A stretch of 64,000 nucleotides of DNA from NCBI GenBank assembly GCA_965112155.1, contig OZ218102.1; one strand, 5' to 3'. The notes under the pieces are model-generated. The model saw only the letters and a program-made list of their open reading frames with translations, did not search any database and was not told the origin of the DNA. This document shows, in pieces, positions 1 to 12,699 of this stretch. The position numbers and the translations under genes are program-made. Source of the stretch: Podarcis liolepis. Its lineage: Eukaryota. How positions within the stretch are numbered: the stretch's first letter is position 1; each line of letters begins with the position of its first letter.

Positions 1-564
1 AGTGATAGCCAAAGAAACAATTCCATGACTATCAGTGATGGTCCCTGAGGTTAGGAAGAAGCAAAGCGATTGCACAGAAATAAAATAGAAAGAAAAGATG
101 CAATTTTAGAAGTCATTTTTATTTACTCATTTTAGCTGCAAGGCTGCAATCTTACTTATACGCTTAGTAAACCCCAGTGAATTTGGGAGTAAGCATGACT
201 GACTGACTGACTGACTTGGGAGGAGGCATGCACAGAATTGGGTTACACGTGTAAAATAGCACAGAGCAGGCAGCAATTTTCAAGTTAATCCTGTCTGCTG
301 ATGTACAGCTACACCATCTTCACTGTACATCTGACATTCTAATGAGCAAAGACAAACGGGCCGGGTGCTGATAGGGAAGAGAAAAAGGGCATGGGAACTT
401 TCAGCCAATCAGCACTCTGACCAAGCTGCTGGGAAAGGAAGCCAGAGGTATGTGTACTCTGTGCTTAATAAACAAGCAAACAAGCAAGCCAGCAAACAAA
501 CAAACAAACATCATGCTGAGATATCCCAAACTCTATGGCTCAAAAAGCTGGACTCTATATAAAA

Positions 565-693
565 CAGGATTCTCCAACCTGGTGTTCTCCAGATGTTTTG
601 TACTGTGACTCCCACCAGCCCCAGCCAGAATGGGCCGGGGATGATGGGATTTGTAGTCCAAAACATCTGGAAGGCACCTGGTTGGGAAGGCTG
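565..693. mobile_element. hAT-type foldback MITE (about 130 bp family A)
   Basis: CAG...CTG termini; arms ccaacctggtg..tccagatgtttt / aaaacatctgga..cacctggttgg; near-TSD atataaaa / atataaag. Confidence 0.8.
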
Positions 694-1154
694 ATATAAA
701 GTATACAGATAAAACAAATTGGTGCCTATTTTTTTAAGAAAAATGTATTCCATTTCTGTAAGTAGCTGGGAGGGACAAGCAGCTCTGCAAGGCACTGATG
801 TCCTTCCTTCTCTCTGACCACAGAAAATATAAAAATTACTCAATTCTCTGACGTCAGAGATGTCTCCAGAAAATGTTCCAAACCTACCACATAAGGGCCC
901 AAAGCCTTCTTTCTTGGGTGGTAAAGAAAGCTAAAATTCTCATGAAATTGAGTTTTGTGCTTCACTAGACCAATTTCCTATACTTGTAGAGAAGGGAGAA
1001 AAGCCTTGAATCACCCTTGTCAATGGCAAAGCCAAGCTGTGAAAAACCGTCCTGAAGAACAGGCAAGATACACACTTTGGATAAGTGAATGGGATGGAAT
1101 GGGACCTCATTGAAAACAGCCTCTTTCACTGGCAGGATTTCCTTAGAGCTTGAA

Positions 1155-1265
1155 AACTAGCCATCCAGTTTATCCTTAAAAGTTTCTCCATGGAAGGAAA
1201 TTCCATAACTTTGGGGCAGTTTGTTCCATTGTCCAAGTGGTCCTACAGTCATAAAGTTTTTCCTG
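1155..1265 (-). mobile_element. Old CR1 LINE 3' fragment
   Basis: Resembles the antisense CR1 3' region (gtttgttccattgtc...acagtcataaagtttttcct); degraded. Confidence 0.45.
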
Positions 1266-1330
1266 TCTCTTTCTGGTAAACAGATGCTTTTGGTGGGGAA
1301 TTTCTTACGAAGAATTTACAATAATGCATT

Positions 1331-1520
1331 CACAGTGAAATCCTATATATGTTTACTCAGAAGAAAGTCCAACTGTATTCAATGCATTTCATTCCCGTGA
1401 CAGTATGCATAGGGCTGTTGCTTTTCAGTGCAATTCTATACATGTCTACTCAGAAGTAAAATGGGACTACTCATTAAATTAAATGGGACTTACTCCCAGT
1501 TAAGTAGGTCTAGATCAATG
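1331..1520. mobile_element. Two adjacent copies of an ~95 bp palindromic non-autonomous element (family B)
   Basis: Both copies begin cagtg(a/c)aat(c/t)ctata..tgt(t/c)tactcagaag and end in a partially self-complementary arm. Related copies lie at about 142-197 and 19283-19367. Confidence 0.65.
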
Positions 1521-2097
1521 CGCAAAGTGTTCTGAAACTTTTATTCTGGAAATGAGGCAGAGAATCAATTCACTGGGCGGGGGGGGGGGGAGACACTGCA
1601 TGTGACCTTAACTGTGGAGTTCTGTCCATGTGCATACGCACACGCACACACACACACTGCTTCCATGGGGCACATGACCCTTATCAGGACCTAAATTTGT
1701 GGGGCTTTAATCCTTTGCCCTTCTGCTGTTGTCTCAATCTGGATTGTGCTTCCTGGGCCTGAAATTTTCATTGCAAACAAAACAAAACAAAAACCCATGT
1801 CGGAACCTTTTTTTGTTTTTGCTGTTTTCAGTGTATGCTTCCCTCTCCAATCCAGACTGGGACTGCAGCAAGATGCAAAGAGTTTACCTCTCCCCAACCT
1901 CCTTGCTAGGGTTCCAAACTGGATTTGGGGTGCTGGACTGGGGAACTGGTGAAGGATCCTTGTACTCAAGGACAAACAGCCAGGGGACAACCAGCTGACA
2001 TACCTTTTGATTAATTATCCATTGATTAATTCCCTGTCTCCACATCACACACACCACCACTACCATCACCAACAAAAACACACTCAGGTTGACTCAC

Positions 2098-2204
2098 AGG
2101 AAGCTGGCAGCATAGGAATCTGAGAGGTTGGTGATGCCTCCTTCAGAGGTGGCTCCGATGCCCTCGAGCCAAATCCTTTTTCCAGGCACATGTGCATTGA
2201 CAAC
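2098..2204 (-). CDS. HPSE2: Heparanase-2 coding exon, equivalent to human exon 8
   Basis: Acceptor tttattttggtaatag, donor CT|gtgagt, 107 nt. Translates to VVNAHVPGKRIWLEGIGATSEGGITNLSDSYAASF(L). WLEG is HPSE2-type; active HPSE has WLGE. Confidence 0.95.
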
Positions 2205-4377
2205 CTATTACCAAAATAAAAGGGCAAGGATGGTCAGTAATCTTCAGGAGGCAGCTAGTACTCATAAAATGCTATGGATGTGGACAGGTTAGCACAAATA
2301 GGATTGCTTGGCTTTGCATGGCTTAATGAGGTCACAGAGTAGAGGTGAGTAATAGGTGGGAAACACAATGAGCTAAAGAAAATATCTTACCAACACCACC
2401 CCATTGCCTGGCATCAATCTTCCTTACCTCTCCCCCACTTCCAGTTCCTGCACTGATCTTACTCCAACCCCTTAACATACAGGTCTTTGCAGGCTTTCAC
2501 TTTGACCATTTCTTAAGTGCCCCAGGAGCCTCTAATCCAGCACTGGTTCCCTTCCCTAGGCTTATGTGTCCCATCTGAAGCACCACATAACATGCTGACG
2601 AAGAAAGCACCCCACTGTTGCAAGACGGGGTTGTTATTTCTTCAAAGTCCCATCTCCTTACAGAAATAGAAATTACACGCACACACTAACTTGTGTAGGA
2701 TATATCCCATATACATAGATAAACTTCCCTTCCAAGTTACATCACATTAGGCTGGCATGCCATCTAACTATGGGGCAACCCTACCATCTTCCTGACTGGA
2801 CCACCATCCATCCCCACATAGCAGTTATGCAGCAAAGGTTGCCCTCATTCTCAGTTTTAAAAAGTTGATCATCTCTGATCCTCACATGGTGACTCCTTTG
2901 CATATATGTTCATTGAAAGCTGCCCTTCAACCAGCACTGCATAAAAGGGCCACTTTCACTGTATTTGTCATGTGTATATACATAAACATATGTGCACAGC
3001 TAACCCATTTTTCACTGTTTTTATGATATAAATACAATGCACCATGGAGCTGGGATCAGACATAGCTCCTTACTGTATGTACAAGTATAATGTGTAAATT
3101 TGCCAAAGAACTAAATAAAGGAATAGCAGCCAAATGAAAGGGGGGAAATCTGGTTAGTGCTCAGATGGTCAATCTACATGGGTGCACAGGGTCTAACTTC
3201 TCCATAAGTCAGGACAGGATTTCAGACTCTAAACTGTTCCTGAGAAACTGGGAATAGGAACTATGGTGGTAGCAACTATGAAGCAATCTCACGTCACAAC
3301 CATGCCAGATTGCATAATGAGAGTAATAATAGTCCTGGGCACAGGGTGGCAACAAACCTGCTAGTTTTGGAGCAGCCAAAACTTTCTCACAAGGCCTTGA
3401 TTCTAAGACCAAATTGGACAGTGGTGCTTTGCTGAGCATCTGAAGTGGTGAAATGGAGATATGAGCATGGCATCAGAGATACCGGCCTGGGAAATGCCAT
3501 CGTAACACAAGACAAACCTTGGCAGCACAGACATGCCCAGGACAAGACGGCGCCAGCAAACAAAAGCACATCAGTGACAACAAGGACTGAGGATGCCAGC
3601 TTGCAGTTCCTTCTGCCTCTGCACAGGAGACCTGTCAGAGTGCCTAGGAGATCTGGCCACTTGCCAGACCTGGCTTCATTACCTGAAGGCAGCATCTTGT
3701 AGCAATAAAACAAGGCAAGAGCATAGAAAGGGGCTCATAACTTCAATTAGTGGCACTTCACCTAATATCTGTGTTGGGTTCTCTAACAGAATGATTGGTC
3801 CCCTATTAGGATCAGCCTGATAGCCCAGATGAAAATCCGACCCCAAATTAAGATTTAAAAAGTCCTTTCTGATAAATCATGTTTGTTTTGATGAGTCGAC
3901 CATTCTAGTCAACAATGGATCAAACATTCCTGCCAGGAAGCCTCAAAGCTAAGCAAGGTGCATTCCATAAAGAAGAACCATATTTCCATCTTACTTTTCA
4001 TTTTAATTTCCAAAGGTCTATTGCCTCACCCTCAATTCCTATCTTGTTGAGACTATAGTTCATTTACTGCCATAATCTACCAGAAGTTCTGATACTACTA
4101 CAGCTTGACTGACTCCAAAGTAGCTATTCCCAATGCTCCCATAGGGACAGAGCCCGTCTATGGGGCATATCTTGGATATCTTCATACCTACTCTCCCAGC
4201 TTTGCTTAGCCTGACCTGAAAGCTGGGATCCTGCGGGGCCCATAAGTAGCAAGGTTGGTCCCAACTGAAACCCCTGCTAGGTGTGTCTAGCACCGGGCAG
4301 AGTGAGCCCAGGAGAAAGCTCCCCACCCTTGGAGACATGCTGCCCTCTTGCCCCAGCCATCCCTCTCACTCACGCAC

Positions 4378-4471
4378 TTTCTGGATTTTCCTGATCTGGT
4401 CAGAGAGTGTGTCTAACAGGCGCGTTTTCAGGAAGTCCGTCACCTTGGCCACTCGGCCATCAAGGTAGTAA
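4378..4471 (-). CDS. HPSE2: Heparanase-2 coding exon, equivalent to human exon 7
   Basis: Acceptor ctcattttcattccag, donor AAA|gtgcgt, 94 nt. Translates to (H)YYLDGRVAKVTDFLKTRLLDTLSDQIRKIQK. Confidence 0.96.
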
Positions 4472-6017
4472 CTGGAATGAAAATGAGAAGGCAACAGTCA
4501 GAGAGGGGCTGCAGTTATGTGCTCTCCCTCACCCTGGCTAAGGACCGCGCCTCTGATGCCCACATTTGGGGTTCCCCAAAGGTTGCTCTCTGTTCTGCAT
4601 AAGATGAGTTGCTCTTACTGACCTTTGTTTCTTCTACCACTCTCTTCTCTGTGCCTTCTGCCACAGGATGCTCCCTGTGCCCAGAGGACCCTCCCCACAA
4701 TTTCCCTCTCTTCTAAAAGCCCTTCCATATTCCATCTCTTCAGAAAAGTCTTTCCCTGCACCTGCACCTGCACTTCCATTTGCACAAGTAATTGTGCAAT
4801 TAGTCCCTGATCTCTACTTCCTACTAACTTGTCCATCTAATGAAGACAGCAAGCCCTCTGGGCAAAAACACGTTTCTATGTTCCACACAGTGCCTAGCAC
4901 CACATCTGGTGCAAAATAAAGAGGAAAATATTATTAAGGTTCCCAACTGTGAGCTTGCCCATCCAGTCAGGCCCTTCTGCTCACATTGTGCATATTAATT
5001 GATTGACCAAGTATGAATACACTGCTACAACTAACCTCACCACCCTGTTCTTTCTGACACGTGAAAGAACAGGAAATGCACAATTCTTCACCAGATTTGA
5101 GAGGCTGTGTGTCCCTCAGCACCAGTTTCTGGGGTGCAGTAACAGGGAAGGGTTATTGTGTTCATGCACTTGTGGGTGTCCCAAAGGCATGTGGTTGGTC
5201 ACTGTGGGGAAAAGGGTGCTCAACTAGATGGATAGTTGATTTGATCCAGTGGAGTTCCTTTTATGCTCTTACCAACACCAGATCCTGTAAAGAGATATAT
5301 GGACCAATGTTTCAGAAACCATACACTGACCGGGCCATTACCACCCTCCATTAGCCACGCTGAGTTTCCCCATGAAAGAGTGCAATATATAGGTATAACA
5401 AATCAGTGCATGAATGAAAAGAGAGGGTAAATGGGACTAGATTTATTGCAGAGGCAACATTGTAAGCAGAAGGATAATGCCAGCAGAGGATATTTTCTGA
5501 AAAAGTACTGGATGGATTTAGACTTGGGCCGGAAAATGACAGGCAAGGATGTGCTGGTTCTAAGACACCCCTGGGAGTTTTCTTTCCAAACATGAGAGAC
5601 TGGTCACCAGGCAGGCAAGATGGCACAGAACTTTACCAGTGTTTTTACTATTGCATTGCTTAAGTGTCTCCAGCATCTTTGCAAGGATAGGGAGAACACC
5701 AGAGCAAACTAACCCCACATCTGGTGATTCTCTTGGCTGCTCCACTAGGTCTGGTAGATAGCTGCCCAATGGCAATCAGTTGTTTCCAACACTCCCATTT
5801 ACTTTTATTGGAGCATTCCCTTTTCTGCATGATGCATAAAAACGTCCTTGGGCTTTTGAGACAGGCAAAGCAGACCTTTCCTGCTGAGAAGGGGGTGGGT
5901 GGGTCCTAGACCCTCCTAAAGGCTACAAGATTAGCACCTGCTGTCATGCTGAAACTGTGTGGCTCCTCTGCATGTGTTTCGAGGGGCGGAAGTCTGTTGT
6001 GAAAAGTTTGAACCACT

Positions 6018-6434
6018 GAGCACGTTCACATGTAATGCTAAGCCAAGATGTGTGTTGGTTTTTTGAACCATAATATGCACAAGTTGTATGCTAATGCATA
6101 CAGTTCAAGCATTCCTGCTTTGCTCCTCCCTTCATCCAGCTGGGAGCAACAATCCACAAGTTCTGGCTTAGCCTGATGTCATCCTAGCAAGTGCTCCTCC
6201 CAGTACATTGCTCCCAAACAAACCACAGTCGGCAAGACAAGAATAATAAACCTTGGCTTCGCAGCATGGTTAGTTTGGAGAGGAGCAAATAATGCACACT
6301 GGTTTGGACATAATGCTAAAGTCAAGGGTTGTGGTTTGCTTTCCCCAGCTGGGAAGAGCAAAACAGGAATGCTAGTGCACATTATGGATAAACAAGTCGC
6401 ACACCTTGCCTTAGTGTTACATGTCAGCACATCC
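6018..6434. mobile_element. Degenerate ~415 bp MITE with long terminal inverted repeats (possibly PIF/Harbinger-like)
   Basis: Left end acatgtaatgctaagccaag pairs with right end cttgccttagtgttacatgt; internal sequence is also partly inverted. Confidence 0.55.
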
Positions 6435-7550
6435 CTTGGATTAAAACAAAGGGACTGCACAGCATGTTTGACTTAAAATGTTTGCTAGCACATCTGGAAG
6501 CATAGTGGGGAATGCTGTTTGGACAAATATGGCAGGAGTTGAGCCCTACAACTGAATGGTATAGTTACTGTGAGGTTTGGGGTTAGGAAATTAATGAAGA
6601 AGTTGTTTAAAGTTTGGCATGGGCCCAACAGACCGCACTCCTTCCCAAGAGCAGTAGTCTGAAGCTCAATCAGGCTTCTGAGCAAAATAATATCAGCTTC
6701 AGTGGTAGCAGAAAAAACATTATTTTCATATATCATAAAGAGACCACAGTCTCTGTTGTGGCACATTGTCCCAAAAGGAAACATAGACCCTGGTTAGTGC
6801 ATCTGCATCCCTTAGAATCTCGCACCATTCATGGAGATTTGAGTGGTGTGTAACAATATATTTGCTCTGCTGGCAGCTCTCCGGTTCAGGAACTTAAAGA
6901 AGACTGGAAGGGTTCTTTTCCTCTCCCCATCAACATGTTAACTTCAGCAGCAAAAGCCCAAGCTGAATCATGGACAAGAAATGTCTATTACATATCTAAT
7001 CATGCAATTCAGCACCACATCACTGTCTGCACTGTGCTTGCTGCCTACCTGCATGCTTAAAAGCCCATGCAAGCCATTTCTGGGGAGTTGGGATACCAGC
7101 TGCCTCTTACACTAAGCAAAACTATGAAAGCATCAGTATCTTTTTAAGACACCACCCACAATTAACGGCCCAAACCATTAGCCTCAGATGGGATTTAATG
7201 AGCAAAGTTTGAGGGCTTCAGAACAGCTGTTTTTGTTTTACTCCTCTTTATGGTAGAGGAACCTTTGCCCCATTATCTGACCCCCTCCTTTTATTTCAGT
7301 TAATTGCATTAAAGCCATTTCCCAACACTCAGGAATTTCCAAATCCATTCCTGCTCCAGGAAGGTCTGCTTGGAATTAGAGCCCCACCACCTCCTCTCTT
7401 CGTCCCACCTCCCAGTTTTTTCTCACTAGCTGGGGAAGGGGAAGCTGGCACCTTCCCCCTGCAGCTATTCAGCAAGGCACAAGTTTCCTGCACAAAATAC
7501 TTCCTCCATCTCTGGTATTGTCACCATTTGCTCACTCCTGAAAATCTAGC

Positions 7551-7807
7551 TGATGATGATGAGGATGATGATGATGATGATATATTATGTATATAACCCG
7601 CCCATCTGCCTGGGTTTTCCCAGTCACTCTGTGCAGCTCCCAACAGAATATTAAAAACACAATAAACATCAATCATTAAAAACTACCCTAAACAGGGTTG
7701 CTTTCAGATGTCTTCTAAAAGTCAGATAGTTGTTTATTTCTTTGACATCTGCTGGGAGGGCATTCCACATGGCAGGTGCCACTACCGAGAAAGCCCTCTG
7801 CTTGTTC
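7551..7807 (-). mobile_element. L2 LINE 3' end fragment with microsatellite tail, same family as 51533-52584
   Basis: Near match to 51580-51800 (cccatctg.ctgggttt.cccag.cactct...gggagggcattccac...aa(a/g)gccctctgc); (GAT)n at 7551-7581 is in the tail position. Confidence 0.85.
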
Positions 7808-9344
7808 CTCATAAGCTATTTCCTTTTTTCATGTGTGATACCAGACTCTTACAGTTTTGATTTTAGCCACTTCTGGACATTCTCTTTCAACTGTACTCTG
7901 CAAGTGTTTGAAGTCTGACTCTGGGGCGATTGGTCTGTGATGTGGATGGTGGTGTTTGTGAGCCCCCCCCCCTTTGAATTGCCTGTCTACCAATCTGCTT
8001 TGATCACTTCTAAAACAAATTCACATGATTCCCTACAACATATCCCTCACCTCCGATGCTGCCCAGTTTCAGTGAAAATTCATTGTGCCTGCTGTTTTGC
8101 TCCAGTGCTGGGGCACACACACTACTTTTTTTAGCAACTAACCTTTCCCCTACAAAGCAACTACAGCAAGGATGGCAGCAGGCGCTCTTTACAGGGAAAG
8201 GGGAGGGCAGATGAAGTTTCCCCAGAAAAAGCAGGAGCTTATTTGATGGGGAAAGGGTGTGTGGGTGAAGTTTTCCCAGAACTTCCCCCTGCAACGGCTA
8301 TCTATTTCATGGAATCAAGGTACGGAACAAGTATCAAAGAATCAGGCCCAGCATTAGTACAACATTCTGTAATTAAACTCATGCCATTGCTGCTATCTAA
8401 AAGTGCTGATTTTCTCAAACAGTTCATGTTAGATTGGGGGGGGGGGAATGTGTGACCCACATGGATGGGCTTTGTCCTTCGTGATAGAGAGATGGACACT
8501 AACCACCCAGATGAGCAGACACACACCACAGGATATTGCACATTTTCCACTTTGAATTCCTTTCCTCCATTTCAGTCTTAAGGGCATCTCCTGTAGAGTG
8601 AATCCTTCTGCAGCAAAATACTCAATGCATTCTTACAACAAATGTTTCATTTGTTCCACTAGTATGCTACAATACCATATGTGCTTACTAGTGTATATGA
8701 ACCAAGGCTCTGATTCATGAACAAATACACTGCAAAAGTTCTGTCATCAACCCCACGGCACTCAATGAGTGATAGCAACAGATCTCATGCACAGGTAACA
8801 TAGTCATTGTGTAGCCACTGTGCCTGGGAGAGTGATCAGCGCAGCACTCCTGAATCTCTGTAAATTTAGAAAGGAAGCTTCACTGGAGTCTGGAGTCCAA
8901 GAATGAATGGAGTGCTATATGGTATGCATTATTGTTTCCAACACGATTATCATGGAGTTTCACACACAAATGAAGTAGGTATAGTCTGGAATCATGAACC
9001 CATGTTATTCCAAATAACACCGAGTTCTCTGTAAATGCAATTCTGTGGCTATAACCTGGGAAACACTTTTGCGTGCACCACAGAACTTCCTTCAGAATGC
9101 AAAACTGATGGTGCTTCCGTGTAGCTGAAGGCATTAAAGCATCATAATAAAGGGGTCTTGCATAATATAATATCTTGCCTAAGTGTAAATCTTGACAAGT
9201 TTTGAGGGCCCTTCTTTCTATTTGATTCTATAAAGCTTCACTTTCTGTCAATCACTAGAGAAAGGCTAACACACATCCTGCCTTTGTTCAGTCAAAATCA
9301 TAATGTTTGAGTGAGAGAGCTCTCTTCCTCATGTGGGGCCTATT

Positions 9345-9417
9345 GACCATGCTGACTGAGACTGATGGGAGCTGGAGTCCAACAATATCCAGAAAGCCAC
9401 AGGTTAGGCACCCCTAG
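9345..9417. mobile_element. Right half of a family A hAT MITE
   Basis: gatgggagctggagtccaacaatatccagaaagccacaggtt matches the right arm of the other family A copies. Confidence 0.6.
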
Positions 9418-9973
9418 CCTAGAGATTACTGACAGTCAATCTCTGGAACAAGGGATAGTTTCAGCACCACTAGTGGATCAACCCCATGGAATCCTGGAAA
9501 GCCAGAAATTTATTTTGGCAAAAATGTCTGTACAAGCTAATACTAATTTGGCGCAGCATCATTCTGAAGATGCCAACAAATACAACAGAGCATCAACAAC
9601 TTTCTAAGCACAAGGGACTGTCATTACTTGGCATTCAATCCATGCTTGCTCTCAGGCTATGTTGTTAGGCAGCAGGAACACCAGTCACACTAACCTGAGC
9701 AAACTCTTCATTAAGAGAACTGCCTGTGGATCACAGCCCATTTTTTGCCGCAGCAAGAATTCTATGCCCACCATTTCTAAAAGCGGCCCTTGCTTCTGAT
9801 CAGGTCACCTTCAGCAATATGGTTAAACCAGGACAATATCCCATTCAGGCTAGGTAAACGCTGCACATGTGTCTTTCTAAAGCTATCACATGACCCCAGA
9901 GAGTAGACAGACCTGGTTGCTAAGGTAAATGGCAAAAAAGGCAGAAATGTCAATAAAAGTACCTCTCTGTGAC

Positions 9974-10078
9974 TCAACCCACATTTTACTCAGAATAGAC
10001 TTGTTGGATTTAATGACTATGACTAGGTCTGTTAATTTCAGTGGGTCTACTATGAGTAAAAGTTAGTTGAAAACATCC
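9974..10078. mobile_element. ~100 bp palindromic element (family C)
   Basis: Arms ttttactcagaatagac / gtctactatgagtaaaa. Related copies lie at about 13565-13671, 27946-28034 and 41760-41872. Confidence 0.6.
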
Positions 10079-10638
10079 CTGTATATTCACAGTCAGCTTG
10101 TCCTATGACTTCCAGTTTCTCACACTAGTGAGGGAAGAACAGTGCTAGCAGACAAGTTCTGCCGTTTGAAATATTCATCACACAGTAGGTTTCTGTGAGG
10201 ACATCATCCCTCTGCCACACATAGGGCACTGGTGTGCGGCAATCTTTTCTCTGAATATCTTCTTGCATTGATACTGAAATGTGCAAGGCTTATCTTATAG
10301 GATTTATTCTTAGCCTACCCTGAGCTTCACACTAGGGAAGCCTCTGACACCAAAACCAACATGAGTGATAGAATTCCTTGCTACATAGCCGGTATTCTTC
10401 TCACAGCGTAAGTTCTGCTGTCTGCAAGAGTTTAGCCTGTCCATATAACTAGAAAAGTTTCTCCTTAGCCAACAGAGTGAACTCAAGAAAATAGAATGGG
10501 AAAGGTAGTCTTAGAAGTCTCTCTCTGTGTTCTTTGTCTGAAGATAGTGTTCTATCGATGTCTGGCTCAGTTCTTGACTTCTGCCCAAATTGATGCATGT
10601 TTAGAAATATTGGAAAGGGAAAGGGGGAAAATACCTAC

Positions 10639-10686
10639 TGTTGCCAGGTAACAGCATCCACTGTGTTCCCTGCCACCTTCATGAAC
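10639..10686 (-). CDS. HPSE2: Heparanase-2 coding micro-exon, equivalent to human exon 6
   Basis: Acceptor ttttctgtatcccacag, donor CA|gtaggt, 48 nt, phase 2-2. Translates to FMKVAGNTVDAVTWQ(H), in frame with the flanking exons. Confidence 0.95.
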
Positions 10687-11766
10687 CTGTGGGATACAGA
10701 AAATATGTGAGCTTCTGGAAATGAGAGTGGTCCACACATACATACATGCACTCACAGCTCACATCAGTACAGGCCACTAACATTCCCAAGAAGTCCAAGT
10801 ATGACATACTGTTCTTCTGCTATGCAATATCACATCAACATTGAATCAGTAGGCTTTTGTCAATTTAAAGTAATAGTTGGATATAGCAAAACCCATACTC
10901 TTATTTACTCCAGTTCTGATTGGAAAGAAGATTCTTTTTGGAAAGCAGAACCTAAGCTAAACTGGACCCATTAATGAAATTCTCCGAAGGGGTTGGTGAA
11001 GGTTCTTAGGGTGTTATGATACTACTGCAATAGCTTCAGATTAGCCCTTTGGTACCGCAGTTGCTCCAAGAACTGACTCCCTAGGGAACAGGGAGAATCA
11101 GAAGGATCCAAGAATGAATCTCCTAGAGTGTCTGCACCCCAAAAACTCTGAAAGGAAAGGAAGTTTAAAGTGTGCTCCCAGCATCTCCAAGAACCTAAAA
11201 ACATTTTTTTCCTTGTAGTTTGGTGTTGCGCACCCAGCATGCATATCAAAAACCATGCTACATTATCTTAGATAGCAAATTTCCAAGGCTTTATGATGCA
11301 TACAGTATGGTTTGCAGCAAACAGCACATCAGAGAGCTGTACATGACAATAAGGAAAGTCAGAATTTGGTAGACCTCTTGCAACTTTGCCAGTTTTGCAT
11401 GGCAGAAACCACCACACTTTGCTGAGACTGACTTATTCAAATTTGCATGATTATTTTGACTGCAGTGTTTTGGTTTAGCAAAAACAGGGGCAACAGAAGC
11501 CCCCCAAAATCAGGAGAAGTTTGGAGCAGGGGCAATAAGATATGGGAAGACAATAGGACGTTCCCTTCCCCCAAAAGCTCCTTTTGGTTTTTCTGTGTGT
11601 ACATTTTCAAATCTTCTCCATAGCCATGACAGCCATGTAAAAAGAACAAGGGCAAGATGCAACACGTTGGGTGGGTGGGGGTAATACCATGTCTCGTATC
11701 ATATGTTGTGGCTCTGTGACTTGAAACATGCTATGCACATAGACACACACACGACAGACAGCAGCC

Positions 11767-11797
11767 TGTTTGTTTGTTTGTTTGTTTGTTTGTTTGT
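11767..11797. repeat. (TTTG)n microsatellite
   Basis: Direct observation. Confidence 0.95.
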
Positions 11798-12699
11798 GAG
11801 TATGTGTGTCAGTTTGATTGGGAATATGAAAAAAAAGTCTCTAAGGTTCTAGGGTTCTAGGGCTCCACTTAAGTTCATGGTGTGTGCAAGATGCTCACAA
11901 CAAGGATAGTTCAGATGCTATAATAATTTAAAAAAATGTGTCACTCCAAGCGAGGCAAGGATTTGGAGTTGCTGGTATAAAAGGCTACCACTTCCTTTCT
12001 TCCTCTTTTCTTTTCACACTTCCTGTACCCACAAGGGCAAATGTTAGTTTTACTTTCAGTACAGCTCTTTTGAGCCGTTCTGTGCAAAAGAGCTTTTTTA
12101 AAAAATAAAAATTCCACGAACATGCCCACAGCAACAGGAAAAGGGCAGGCTGCATTGTTTCCTTTGGGCTGATGGAAACAAAATGGAAGTAGGGGGTGTG
12201 GCAAAATAGGAAAGGTGATCTACTTCTTAGTGGATGAGTCTTTGGCAGCATGAGCAGACAAGCTTTTGAAATATTTAGAGGACCACTTCTCAATTTATGA
12301 TTTCCCTATGTTGACGGGATCACGTTATGTGCAACCCCTCCCTGATCCCTTCATCTCTACCCCACCTGGTGATATTTCTTACCCCCACAGGGAGCCTCCT
12401 AGGTGATAATTCATTTACAAAGACTAGAAGAGTCTTTGAAAAATAGAAGTGGCAGGAACAATGTTCAGAAGGTGAAGCTGGTGCCATATCAAGTATCCAG
12501 CTGGAACCAATTGGTCAAACACTGGACCAGATGATTCATCCAGCCAGATCTTGATAACACAAGTTCATAGGCAAGATGTCATCTGCTGATCCAAAAAGCA
12601 TATCTACATTTTCCATACCTCCCTTTCTGGTATCCACATGGCAACAACCCTAACAGCTGAGTATCTGTAAAAAATGGGATTGTTGGATATACACAACGT

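Noticed and set aside
1-2097. HPSE2 exon 9 (WLNTLG...)
   Set aside because: I found no matching peptide; the exon must lie beyond the left window edge.
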